DNA of 32,000 bases from assembly GCF_042660085.1 (NCBI RefSeq), contig NZ_JBHSTI010000008.1, positions 30,001 to 62,000 of the forward strand. The letters are read 5' to 3'. Source of the DNA: Longivirga aurantiaca. Its GTDB lineage: Bacteria; Actinomycetota; Actinomycetes; S36-B12; CAIYMF01. Both the position numbers and the translations under genes were made by a program. The notes beneath the pieces are model-generated. The model worked only from the letters and a program-made list of their open reading frames with translations. It was not told where the DNA came from and did not search any database. How positions within the stretch are numbered: the stretch's first letter is position 1; the number at the start of each line of letters is the position of its first letter. Below are positions 1 to 7,802 of this stretch, one piece after another.

Positions 1-2
1 CC

Positions 3-179
3 TGGTACCTCGACAAGGTGCCGGGCGCCTACGCGCGTCTCGGAGTGCACGACCCGTCGTCCGGCGCTCCGCGGCTCGACCTGCACGCCGGCACCTTCGA
101 CGTCGACGAGCGTGCGATCGCGTACGGCACGCTCGTGCTGGCGCTCGCCGCCCTCGAGGCCCTCGCCGACCTCGGCTGA
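3..179 (+). CDS. C-terminal end of M20-family amidohydrolase/peptidase (5' truncated by window)
   Basis: Frame from nt 3 reads WYLDKVPGAYARLGVHDPSSGAPRLDLHAGTFDVDERAIAYGTLVLALAALEALADLG*; the VPGAYARLGV...DLHAGTFDVDERAI pattern is typical of the M20 amidohydrolase C-terminus. Confidence 0.6.
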   Translation, partial: WYLDKVPGAYARLGVHDPSSGAPRLDLHAGTFDVDERAIAYGTLVLALAALEALADLG

Positions 180-184
180 CTCAG

Positions 185-240
185 ACCGATGTGGTAGTGG
201 GAAGTCGCGCTCTGGCGCGACTTCCCACTACCAAATCGGT
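185..240. repeat. Long hairpin element, copy A (26-nt arms, one mismatch, 4-nt loop)
   Basis: ACCGATGTGGTAGTGGGAAGTCGCGC (185-210) / TCTG / GCGCGACTTCCCACTACCAAATCGGT (215-240); 25 of 26 positions pair. Related to 25488-25543. Confidence 0.85.
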
Positions 241-253
241 GAAGGGCGCCGGG

Positions 254-1732
254 TCAGACGGCGGACCAGGTGTGGACGGGCTCGTTGGTGTGCATGCGCT
301 CGACGTAGGCAAGCGTCATGAGGCGCAGGGACTCCCAGCGGTCGTGGCCGCGGCTCTCGAACGTGCGGACGGCCTCGGTCTGCCACACCGAGCCGTTGCG
401 CTGCGTCACGCACCGGCCCTCGATGATGCCGAGCAGCCGTGCGCTGATGGCGGGGTCGACCTCCCAGGCGTCCAGGCCCTGCTGAGCGAGGGGCAGCAGG
501 CGGCGCAGCACGAGCTCGGTCGCAGGCACGTGCCCCATGCCCGGCCAGAACAGCGTGCTCTCGATGCCGTTGCGGGCGGCGGCGAAGAAGTTGTCCTCGG
601 CCGCACCGAAGCTCATCTGCGACCAGACCGGCCGATCCATCTCGGCGAGCGCGCGCAGGGTGCCGAAGTAGAAGGCGCCGTTGGCGAGGATGTCGACGAC
701 GGTCGGGCCCGCCGGAAGCACGCGGTTCTCGACGCGCAGGTGCGGGCGCCCGTCGACCACGTCGTACACCGGGCGGTTCCAGCGCCACACCGTGCCGTTG
801 TGCAGGCGCAGCTCGGGCAGCGCGGGCGTGCCGCCCGAGTCGAGCACGGCCACCGGGTCCTCGTCGTCGAGCACGGGCAGCAGCGGCGGGAAGTACGTGA
901 GGTTCTCCTCGAAGAGGTCGAAGACGCTCGTGATCCAGCGCTCGCCGAACCACACGCGCGGCCGCACGCCCTGCGCCTTCAGCTCCGCCGGCCTGGTGTC
1001 GGTGGCCTCGGCGAAGAGGCTGATGCGCGTCTCGCGCCAGAGCTCGCGCCCGAGGAAGTACGGCGAGTTCGCTCCCATCGCCACCTGCGCGGCGGCGAGG
1101 CACTGCGCGGCGTTCCAGTTCTGGGCGAACTCGTCCGGGCTCACCTGCAGGTGGAACTGCACGCTGGTGCACGCGGCCTCGGGCGCGATGGAGTCGGCGT
1201 ACGTCTCGAGGCTCTCCGGGTCGCCGTCGATGGAGATGTGGAGGTCCTCGCCGCGGGCCAGCAGCATCTGCTGGTCGAGCAGCGCGTAGCGCGGGTTGGT
1301 GCTGATCGCCTCGTGCGTCAGGAGCTCCGGCGACAGCGTGGGAAGGATGCCGATCATCACCATCCCGGCGTCGGCCTCGTGCGCATGCTCGTTCGCGGCG
1401 TTGAGCTGGGTGCGGAGGTGCTCCTCGTAGGCCGCCGCTCCGTCGCCGGAGAGCGACGCCGGCGGCACGTTGATCTCGAGGTTGAAGCGGCCGAGCTCCT
1501 GCACGAACGCCGGGTCGTCGATGCGTGCGAGCACCTCGGCGTTGCGCAGCGCCGGCTGACCCTGGCTGTCGACCAGGTTGAGCTCGACCTCCATGCCTGT
1601 CAGCGGGGTCTCGAAGTCGAAGCGCGACTCCTCCAGCATGCGCGCGAAGACGTCGAGGCAGCGGTGCACCTTGTCGCGGTAGCGCTGCCGGTCCTCGCGC
1701 GTGAAGGTCCGGCTACCGAGCTGCTCACCCAT
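254..1732 (-). CDS. Glutamate-cysteine ligase family protein (GCS2-like)
   Basis: 492 aa ORF; GMEVELNLVD, NLEINVPP, HLQVSPDEFAQNWNAAQC and RVENRVLPAGPTVVDILAN resemble carboxylate-amine ligase/GCS2 family proteins. Confidence 0.8.
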   Translation of the reverse strand: MGEQLGSRTFTREDRQRYRDKVHRCLDVFARMLEESRFDFETPLTGMEVELNLVDSQGQPALRNAEVLARIDDPAFVQELGRFNLEINVPPASLSGDGAAAYEEHLRTQLNAANEHAHEADAGMVMIGILPTLSPELLTHEAISTNPRYALLDQQMLLARGEDLHISIDGDPESLETYADSIAPEAACTSVQFHLQVSPDEFAQNWNAAQCLAAAQVAMGANSPYFLGRELWRETRISLFAEATDTRPAELKAQGVRPRVWFGERWITSVFDLFEENLTYFPPLLPVLDDEDPVAVLDSGGTPALPELRLHNGTVWRWNRPVYDVVDGRPHLRVENRVLPAGPTVVDILANGAFYFGTLRALAEMDRPVWSQMSFGAAEDNFFAAARNGIESTLFWPGMGHVPATELVLRRLLPLAQQGLDAWEVDPAISARLLGIIEGRCVTQRNGSVWQTEAVRTFESRGHDRWESLRLMTLAYVERMHTNEPVHTWSAV

Positions 1733-1789
1733 GGGCGAAGCCTGCCCCGCTCGGGTGCGGCTGCGCGGGCGAACGCGACGATCTGTCGG

Positions 1790-2074
1790 TCAGGCGCCGG
1801 TCTCCGACAGTCCGCGAAGGATCGCACCGACGTTCGCCGGCCCGTGCACCTCGACCCCGCGCACGTCGTTCTGCTCGCACGCGGCGAGCAGGGCGTCGCG
1901 CGGTTCGGGCTCGACGCCGCCGCCTATGAGCAGCGCACTGATCTGCTGCTGCTGCACCCAGAGCAGCGCCTCGTGGTCGTCGAGAGTGCCGCGGGCGTCG
2001 TGCCCGGCCTCGTCGGCGAGCGCGAGCGCGCCCCTCATGATCTCCGCGTGGCGACCCACGATGCCGATTCTCAT
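1790..2074 (-). CDS. Small conserved-looking hypothetical protein
   Basis: ORF track 1790..2107; internal ATG at 2074 gives MRIGIVGRHAEIMRGALALADEAGHDARG..., 94 aa. Product not recognised. Confidence 0.5.
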   Translation of the reverse strand: MRIGIVGRHAEIMRGALALADEAGHDARGTLDDHEALLWVQQQQISALLIGGGVEPEPRDALLAACEQNDVRGVEVHGPANVGAILRGLSETGA

Positions 2075-2183
2075 GTCTCGGACGGTAGCCGTGCCCCCGA
2101 GCGGCACGCCCGCCGTCGGGCGTACGCCACATCCCGCAGCCCTGTCTCGTCGATCACATCGCGTCCCTCATGGTGGAAACGGC

Positions 2184-2199
2184 ATACCCCCAGGGGCAT
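2184..2199. promoter_or_regulatory. Candidate CsoR/CstR-family operator upstream of the sulfur cassette
   Basis: ATACCCC-CA-GGGGCAT; arms match at 6 of 7 positions; about 100 bp upstream of the start at 2302. Confidence 0.45.
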
Positions 2200-2301
2200 A
2201 GTGGGAGTCGTAGGAGCCGACCGGCCTCACCGCCGGATCGAGACAGCCAGGGCATCCGGCCCTTGACCGCCACGACCCGTGCGCAGGCCAAGGAGATCGC
2301 G

Positions 2302-3543
2302 ATGAAGCACCTGCTCATCCTCGGCGGAGGAACCGCCGGCACCATCACGGCCAACAAGCTGCGCAAGAAGCTGTCGAAGGCCGAGTGGGACATCACCGTC
2401 GTCGACCGCGACGACAAGCACGACTACCAGCCCGGCTACCTGTTCATCCCGTTCGGGATCTACCAGCCGGACGAGGTCACCAAGTCGCGCCGCAAGTACC
2501 TCTCGGACGACATCCCCCTGATCTACGCGGAGATCGACCGTGTGGACGCCGAGGCCAAGACCGTGAGCCTCGTGGACGGACGGGTGCTGCCGTACGACCA
2601 GCTCGTGATCGCCACCGGCGTGACGCCGCGACCGGACCAGACCCCGGGCATGGACGACGAGGGCTCCTGGTACGACAGCGTCTTCGACTTCTACACCCAC
2701 GCGGGCACCACTGCGCTGGCCGAGAAGCTGAAGACGTGGGAGGGCGGCCGTCTGGTCGTCAACATCGTCGAGATGCCGATCAAGTGCCCGGTCGCGCCGC
2801 TGGAGTTCACGTTCCTCGCCGACGCGTTCTTCGTCGAGAAGGGCATGCGCGACAAGGTCGAGATCGTCTACGTGACGCCGCTCGACGCCGCGTTCACCAA
2901 GCCGATCGCGGCGAAGGCGTTCGGCACGATGCTCGAGGACAAGGGCGTGCGGCTCGAGCCGGAGTTCATGCTCGAGCGCGTCGACACCGAGGCGAAGACC
3001 CTCGTGTCGTACGACGAGCGCGAGGTGCCCTACGACCTGCTCGTGACCATCCCGCTCAACATGGGCGCGGACTTCATCGCGCGGTCCGGTCTCGGCAACG
3101 AGCTGAACCTCGTTCCCGTCGACAAGCAGACGCTGCTGTCGAAGAAGTTCGACTCGATCTTCGTGCTCGGCGACGCGAACGACATCCCGGCGTCCAAGGC
3201 CGGATCGGTCGCGCACTTCGAGATCGAGGGCTTCGTCGAGAACTTCATGGAGCACATCGCCGGCCGCAGCATGACCCACAAGTTCGACGGCCACGCCAAC
3301 TGCTTCATCGAGACCGGCCACGGCAAGGCCATGCTCATCGACTTCAACTACGACACCGAGCCGATGCCGGGCAAGTTCCCGGTGCCGGGTGTCGGCCCGA
3401 TGAGCCTGCTCAAGGAGACCAAGGCCAACCACCTCGGGAAGCTCGGCTTCCGCTGGGCCTACTGGAACGTCCTCATGCCCGGTCGTCCGATGCCGATCTC
3501 GGCCGACCTGCAGATGGCCGGCAAGAAGGTGCCCGTCGCCTGA
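2302..3543 (+). CDS. FAD-dependent oxidoreductase, sulfide:quinone oxidoreductase-like
   Basis: 413 aa from ATG 2302 with AGGAG just upstream. GGGTAGTITANKL FAD-binding motif, LVIATGVTPRP, FVLGDAND, two Cys (IKCPVAPLEF, ANCFIE). The track start at 2170 is an upstream extension. Confidence 0.8.
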   Translation: MKHLLILGGGTAGTITANKLRKKLSKAEWDITVVDRDDKHDYQPGYLFIPFGIYQPDEVTKSRRKYLSDDIPLIYAEIDRVDAEAKTVSLVDGRVLPYDQLVIATGVTPRPDQTPGMDDEGSWYDSVFDFYTHAGTTALAEKLKTWEGGRLVVNIVEMPIKCPVAPLEFTFLADAFFVEKGMRDKVEIVYVTPLDAAFTKPIAAKAFGTMLEDKGVRLEPEFMLERVDTEAKTLVSYDEREVPYDLLVTIPLNMGADFIARSGLGNELNLVPVDKQTLLSKKFDSIFVLGDANDIPASKAGSVAHFEIEGFVENFMEHIAGRSMTHKFDGHANCFIETGHGKAMLIDFNYDTEPMPGKFPVPGVGPMSLLKETKANHLGKLGFRWAYWNVLMPGRPMPISADLQMAGKKVPVA

Positions 3544-3596
3544 CCGGCGCACCGGCCGACCACAACCCCGCACACCACCGACCTGAGGAGCTAGAG

Positions 3597-3914
3597 ATGC
3601 CAGTCACGACCATCGAGGGCCACGAGATCCACGTCGACGACGAGGGCTTCATGACCGTCTACGACGAGTGGGACGAGGCCCTGGGCGCCGCCCTCGCCGG
3701 CGCCATCGGCGTCGAGATGAGCGACGACGCATGGAACGCGATCCGCTTCATGCGCAAGGACTTCAAGGAGCAGGACGACGTCACACCGACGCTGCGCCGC
3801 GTCTCCACCGCGGGCGGCTTCGAGACCAAGAGGCTCTTCGAGCTCTTCCCCAAGAAGCCGGCCAAGAAGATGGCGTACATCGCCGGCCTGCCCAAGCCCA
3901 AGGGCTGCGTCTGA
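3597..3914 (+). CDS. TusE/DsrC/DsvC-family sulfur relay protein
   Basis: 105 aa MPVTTIEGHEIHVDDEGFMTVYDEWDEAL...LFELFPKKPAKKMAYIAGLPKPKGCV*; the terminal GLPKPxGCV with penultimate Cys is the DsrC/TusE signature. Confidence 0.9.
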   Translation: MPVTTIEGHEIHVDDEGFMTVYDEWDEALGAALAGAIGVEMSDDAWNAIRFMRKDFKEQDDVTPTLRRVSTAGGFETKRLFELFPKKPAKKMAYIAGLPKPKGCV

Positions 3915-3963
3915 CCGCCAGGTCACACCCCACCATCGACAACCACCAAGGACGTGACCTGAC

Positions 3964-4500
3964 ATGACCAGCACCTCTGAAGCGATCATCCCGAAGTTCG
4001 ACGACGACGACAGCGAGGGCGGCGGCCGCAAGCTCGCCATCATCTGCTCCAAGGGCAACCTCGACATGGCCTACCCCGGGCTCATCCTGGGCAACGCGGC
4101 GCTCGGCGAGGGCGTGGAGCTGCACCTGTTCTTCACGTTCTGGGGCTTCGACATGATCATCAAGAGCCGCATGAACGACCTGAAGTTCAGCCCCAGCGGC
4201 AACACCGCGATGCACATGCCGATCGGCGACGTCCGCATCCCGCAGGCGCTCGCGCCGATGCCGGGCATGCAGCCGATGGCGACCCACATGCTCAAGAAGC
4301 AGATCGCCGACCTCGGCGTGCCCGAGGTGCCCGACTTCCTCGAGCACATCGTCGCGAGCGGCGGCCACCTGTGGGCGTGCCGCATGAGCGCCGACATGAA
4401 CCACGTGACGATGGACGACCTCTACGAGGGCGTCGAGGGCATCATCAACGCCTCCGACTTCATCGAGATCACCGAGGGTGCGCAGCTGCTGTTCATCTAG
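3964..4500 (+). CDS. DsrE/DsrF/DrsH-like (DsrE2-type) protein
   Basis: 178 aa; KLAIICSKGNLDMAYPGLILGNAALGEGVELHLFFTFWGFDMI...HLWACRMSADM typical of the DsrE2/peroxiredoxin-like family. Confidence 0.85.
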   Translation: MTSTSEAIIPKFDDDDSEGGGRKLAIICSKGNLDMAYPGLILGNAALGEGVELHLFFTFWGFDMIIKSRMNDLKFSPSGNTAMHMPIGDVRIPQALAPMPGMQPMATHMLKKQIADLGVPEVPDFLEHIVASGGHLWACRMSADMNHVTMDDLYEGVEGIINASDFIEITEGAQLLFI

Positions 4501-4582
4501 GTCCCGAGGCCCGCGGCGTGCGGGCGTCGGCTCCTACAGGCTGTCTGCCCCGTGCAGTGATCGTCCGTGCGCCGCGGAACAC

Positions 4583-4611
4583 GTGAGCCCGCCCCGCGAG
4601 GGCGGGCTCAC
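4583..4611. terminator. Bidirectional hairpin terminator between convergent genes
   Basis: GTGAGCCCGCCC (4583-4594) - CGCGA - GGGCGGGCTCAC (4600-4611): perfect 12-bp stem, 5-nt loop, between ends at 4500(+) and 4637(-). Confidence 0.85.
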
Positions 4612-4636
4612 CCGTTCCCGGGCTCGGCGCGCGTCG

Positions 4637-5431
4637 TCAGAGCTCGTCCCACGGGAGCGCCGCGTAGAGGTCGACCAGGAACGACGACGCGTCGGGGTCG
4701 GCGAGCGCGTGGGTGCCGATGCGGCCGACGGGTGCGACGCCCAGCGAGTTCGCCAGGAACGCAGCTTCGAACGTGCGCTTGTCGTCCTGCCGGATGCGCT
4801 CGACCGTCGAGGGCTTCCCCGCGGCGGCCAGCGCTCGGTCGAGCAGCTGCCAGGTGATCCCGAGCAGCGCGGGGCCGCTCGGCCACACGACGCGGCCCGC
4901 GCGCAGGAAGCCGATGTTGGCGACGGTGGTCTCGGCCAGCTGCCCGTCGGGGGCGATGAGCAGCGCGTCGTCGAACCCCTTCCGGATGGCGGCGTCGCCG
5001 TGCACCGACTGGCCGTACGACCCCGTGTGCTTCACCTCGGCCCGGGCCCGCACGTACGCCGTCGGCGTCACCGACTGCGGTGCCGTCGGCGCCTCGAGCG
5101 GCGGGCGGACGACCGTGACCACGCGCGGGACCCCGGCGACGGGCTCGTCGACGGTCACCCGCAGGTACGCGTCCGGGTGCCCGCCCACCGCCTGGGCCAT
5201 GAGGGAGCGCACGGCGTCGGTGTCGAGCACCGTCCCGAAGAGCTGGGAGTGCGCCTTCTCGAGGCGCGCGAGGTGCAGGTCGAGGCCGCGGACCGCGCCC
5301 CCGCGCACCTGGACGGAGGTGAGGTGCCCGCGCGGCAGCATTCCCGGCCTGCCGACGTCCGACACCGACCCGGCACGTCCATCGACCTCGACACGGAGGG
5401 GCTCGCCGGCTGCGGCGACGGTTGTGCGCAT
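4637..5431 (-). CDS. Aminotransferase class IV family (branched-chain aminotransferase/4-amino-4-deoxychorismate lyase-like)
   Basis: 264 aa; LHLARLEKAH, VKHTGSYGQSVH, DDALLIAPDGQLAETTVANIGFLRAGRVVWPS, LLGITWQLL. Confidence 0.85.
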   Translation of the reverse strand: MRTTVAAAGEPLRVEVDGRAGSVSDVGRPGMLPRGHLTSVQVRGGAVRGLDLHLARLEKAHSQLFGTVLDTDAVRSLMAQAVGGHPDAYLRVTVDEPVAGVPRVVTVVRPPLEAPTAPQSVTPTAYVRARAEVKHTGSYGQSVHGDAAIRKGFDDALLIAPDGQLAETTVANIGFLRAGRVVWPSGPALLGITWQLLDRALAAAGKPSTVERIRQDDKRTFEAAFLANSLGVAPVGRIGTHALADPDASSFLVDLYAALPWDEL

Positions 5432-5461
5432 GCGGCCATCGTGGCACCTGCACCGGTCGGC

Positions 5462-6037
5462 TCAGACCGAAGTGGTCAGCATCCGCGCGCCGAGCGCGGC
5501 GATGTCGTCCGCGCTGCGGTCCGTCGGGCCCGACGGCTGCATGACGTGACCGAGCACGGTCCGAACGAGCATGTCGACCGCTGCGTCCCTGGCTCGTCCG
5601 GCGACGACGACGTCGTAGGAGGCGATCCGCTGGTGGAGCACGGCCTTCGAGGACTCGAGGAGCGCCCCTGCATCGGTGGTGAGCGGGGGGAGGAGATCGC
5701 CGCCTCCGGGCGAGACGACCTCGCGCAGCAGGTCGTTGCCGGCCGCCTCGCGCAGGACTCCGCGGATCGCGGCCCGCAGGGCGGCGGCGAGGTCGTCCGG
5801 GTGGGCGCCGAACCCGATGTCGACGAGGGCGAGGAAGCGCTCCAGCTCGGTGAGCACCATCGCCTCGGCCAGTGCGGCCTTGCTGCCGACCTCGTTGTAG
5901 ACCGTCTGCCGGCTCACGCCGGCATCCTCGGCCAGGCGGCTCATCGTGACGGCGGCCCAGCCCTCGGCGCAGGTGAGCGCGACGGCCGCGGACACGATGC
6001 GCTGCCTGGTGCTCGTGGCTGCGTCGGCCCGGGTCAC
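5462..6037 (-). CDS. TetR/AcrR-family transcriptional regulator
   Basis: 191 aa from GTG at 6037: VTRADAATSTRQRIVSAAVALTCAEGWAAVTMSRLAEDAGVSRQTVYNEVGSKAALAEAM, a TetR HTH. GTGA overlap with the upstream alkB stop. Confidence 0.85.
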   Translation of the reverse strand: MTRADAATSTRQRIVSAAVALTCAEGWAAVTMSRLAEDAGVSRQTVYNEVGSKAALAEAMVLTELERFLALVDIGFGAHPDDLAAALRAAIRGVLREAAGNDLLREVVSPGGGDLLPPLTTDAGALLESSKAVLHQRIASYDVVVAGRARDAAVDMLVRTVLGHVMQPSGPTDRSADDIAALGARMLTTSV

Positions 6038-7461
6038 GAGCCGACCACGGGGACGACGACGAAGTCGACCTTGTCGCGCACTCCGCAGTCCGGGCAGCAC
6101 CACGTGTCGGGCACGTCGGTCCACGGTGTCCCTGCGGCGAAGCCCTCGCGCTCGTCGCCGGTGACCTCGTCGTACTCGTAGCCGCAGCCGGGGCACCGGT
6201 GCACGCGTCCGGCCGTGGCGACCTCGAGCAGCGGTGCTGGCGTGGCCTCCGCAGCGCTGCGGGCGCCGACGGCGGCGCCGGCACTGCCGTCGGCGTACGA
6301 CGCCCTGCGCCTCGGCGCGATGTTGACCCGCGACAGGTCGCCGTCGACGTGCCGGAGGACGCGCGGGTCCATGACGCGCCGCCACGCCGGCGGGACGAGC
6401 GCGAGCAGGATCATCCCCGCGTAGCCGGTGGGGAGCACCGGCGACTCCTGGTAGTCGCGCAGCGACTGGTAGCGCCGGGTGGGGTTCGCGTGGTGGTCGC
6501 TGTGCCGCTGCAGGTGGTAGAGCAGCACGTTCGTGGCGATGTTGTTGGAGTTCCAGCTGTGGCTCGGGTCCACCCGCTCGTAGCGCTCGTGCCCGGGTGC
6601 GCCGACCCGCTGACGGAGCATGCCGTAGTGCTCGAGGTAGTTCACGGCCTCGAGCAGGGTCAGGGCCATGACCGCCTGCACCGCGAGGTAGGGCAGGATC
6701 CCGACGCCGAGCCACACCACCATGGCGGCCCACAGCACCGTGGACATGAGCCACGCGTTGAGCACGTCGTTCCCGATCCGCCACGGGCCCTGCTGCCGCC
6801 GGGCGTAGCGACGGCGCTCGAGCCGCCACGCCGAACGGGCGGACCCCACCACCGTCCGCGGCCAGAAGCCGTAGAACGACTCGCCCAGCCGGCTGCTCGC
6901 GGGGTCCTCGGGCGTCGCGACGCGGACGTGGTGGCCGCGGTTGTGCTCGATGTAGAAGTGGCCGTAGCAGCTCTGGGCGAGGGCGATCTTCGCGAGCCAG
7001 CGCTCGTGGCTCTCCTTCTTGTGCCCGAGCTCGTGCGCGGTGTTGATGCCCAGCCCGCCGATGAACCCGACGGTGATCGCGAGACCGATCCGCTCGGCCA
7101 CGGTCAGTCCCGCCGTGGCGAGGTACCAGAACGCGAACGCGAACCCGGCGTACTGCAACGGCAGGAACAGGAAGGTGATCCCGCGGTAGTAGCGGTCGCG
7201 CTCGAGCGCGGCGATGAGGGAGTCGGGCGGGTTCGAGCGGTCGAGGCCGGTCGCGAGATCGATGAGCGGAACGAGGCCGAGGATCACCAGGGGCCCGAGC
7301 CACAGCCACACCGCAGCGCCCGTGCGGTCGTGCAGCGCGACGGCGGCGAACGGCAGCAGGGGCATGAGGAGCGCGACAAGCCACAGATGGCGCTTGCGGT
7401 CACGCCACTGCTCGGTCGACCCCGCGGGGACGGTGCCGGCGGGCTCGTACGTGGAGTCCAT
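6034..7461 (-). CDS. alkB: Alkane 1-monooxygenase with C-terminal rubredoxin domain (AlkB-Rd fusion)
   Basis: 475 aa; HELGHKKE, EHNRGHHVRVATPEDPASSRLGE, NYLEHYGMLRQ, LQRHSDHHANPTRRYQSLR; C-terminal CPGCGYEYDEVTG...PWTDVPDTWCCPDCGVRDKVDF rubredoxin. Confidence 0.95.
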   Translation of the reverse strand: MDSTYEPAGTVPAGSTEQWRDRKRHLWLVALLMPLLPFAAVALHDRTGAAVWLWLGPLVILGLVPLIDLATGLDRSNPPDSLIAALERDRYYRGITFLFLPLQYAGFAFAFWYLATAGLTVAERIGLAITVGFIGGLGINTAHELGHKKESHERWLAKIALAQSCYGHFYIEHNRGHHVRVATPEDPASSRLGESFYGFWPRTVVGSARSAWRLERRRYARRQQGPWRIGNDVLNAWLMSTVLWAAMVVWLGVGILPYLAVQAVMALTLLEAVNYLEHYGMLRQRVGAPGHERYERVDPSHSWNSNNIATNVLLYHLQRHSDHHANPTRRYQSLRDYQESPVLPTGYAGMILLALVPPAWRRVMDPRVLRHVDGDLSRVNIAPRRRASYADGSAGAAVGARSAAEATPAPLLEVATAGRVHRCPGCGYEYDEVTGDEREGFAAGTPWTDVPDTWCCPDCGVRDKVDFVVVPVVGS

Positions 7462-7478
7462 CGCTGCTCCTCGCGGCT

Positions 7479-7507
7479 GGTTTACAGAACATAGACATCT
7501 GTAAACC
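7479..7507. promoter_or_regulatory. Inverted repeat, candidate operator at alkB promoter
   Basis: GGTTTACAGA (7479-7488) - ACATAGACA - TCTGTAAACC (7498-7507): perfect 10-nt arms, about 18 bp upstream of the alkB start. Confidence 0.7.
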
Positions 7508-7570
7508 TCCTGGCAAGACCCCGAGTCGCTCGATCCTTCATCGCCCCGGCCGCAGACGTAGCGTGGAGCC

Positions 7571-7798
7571 ATGAGGAAGAAGTCCTGGTCGGAGCTCTCC
7601 GACGCGCAGAAGACGGCGATCCTCGTGGTCGGGTCGACAGAGCTGGCCCTCACCGCGACAGCCCTGGTGGACCTCGCCCGACGCCCCGCCGAGCAGGTGC
7701 GCGGCCGCAAGGCGCTGTGGGTGCTGGGCATCCTCGTGCAGCCGTTCGGCCCCGTGGTCTACCTGGCCTGGGGCGCGCACAGGCCCGCCACGGCCTGA
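7571..7798 (+). CDS. Small PLD-nuclease-N-terminal-like membrane protein
   Basis: 75 aa MRKKSWSELSDAQKTAILVVGSTELALTATALVDLARRPAEQVRGRKALWVLGILVQPFGPVVYLAWG; two hydrophobic segments, W-x-FGPxxYL pattern. Confidence 0.65.
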   Translation: MRKKSWSELSDAQKTAILVVGSTELALTATALVDLARRPAEQVRGRKALWVLGILVQPFGPVVYLAWGAHRPATA

Positions 7799-7802
7799 CA
7801 CG

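Noticed and set aside
191-2266. 691-aa plus-strand ORF opposite the GCS2-like ligase
   Set aside because: Antisense to a well-supported CDS, no recognisable motifs, biased RH/GV composition.
2170-2301. N-terminal extension of the SQR-like ORF in the track
   Set aside because: FAD-binding motif starts at the 2302 ATG with a good RBS; the extension is repetitive R/S/P-rich and overlaps the candidate CsoR-type operator.
4478-6181. 567-aa plus-strand ORF and 4608..6284 minus-strand alternative-frame ORF
   Set aside because: Both overlap the supported aminotransferase and TetR genes; no family signatures.
5462-7384. 640-aa ORF as a single fused protein containing the TetR
   Set aside because: Region upstream of 6037 is a shadow frame of alkB; the TetR HTH starts precisely at GTG 6037.
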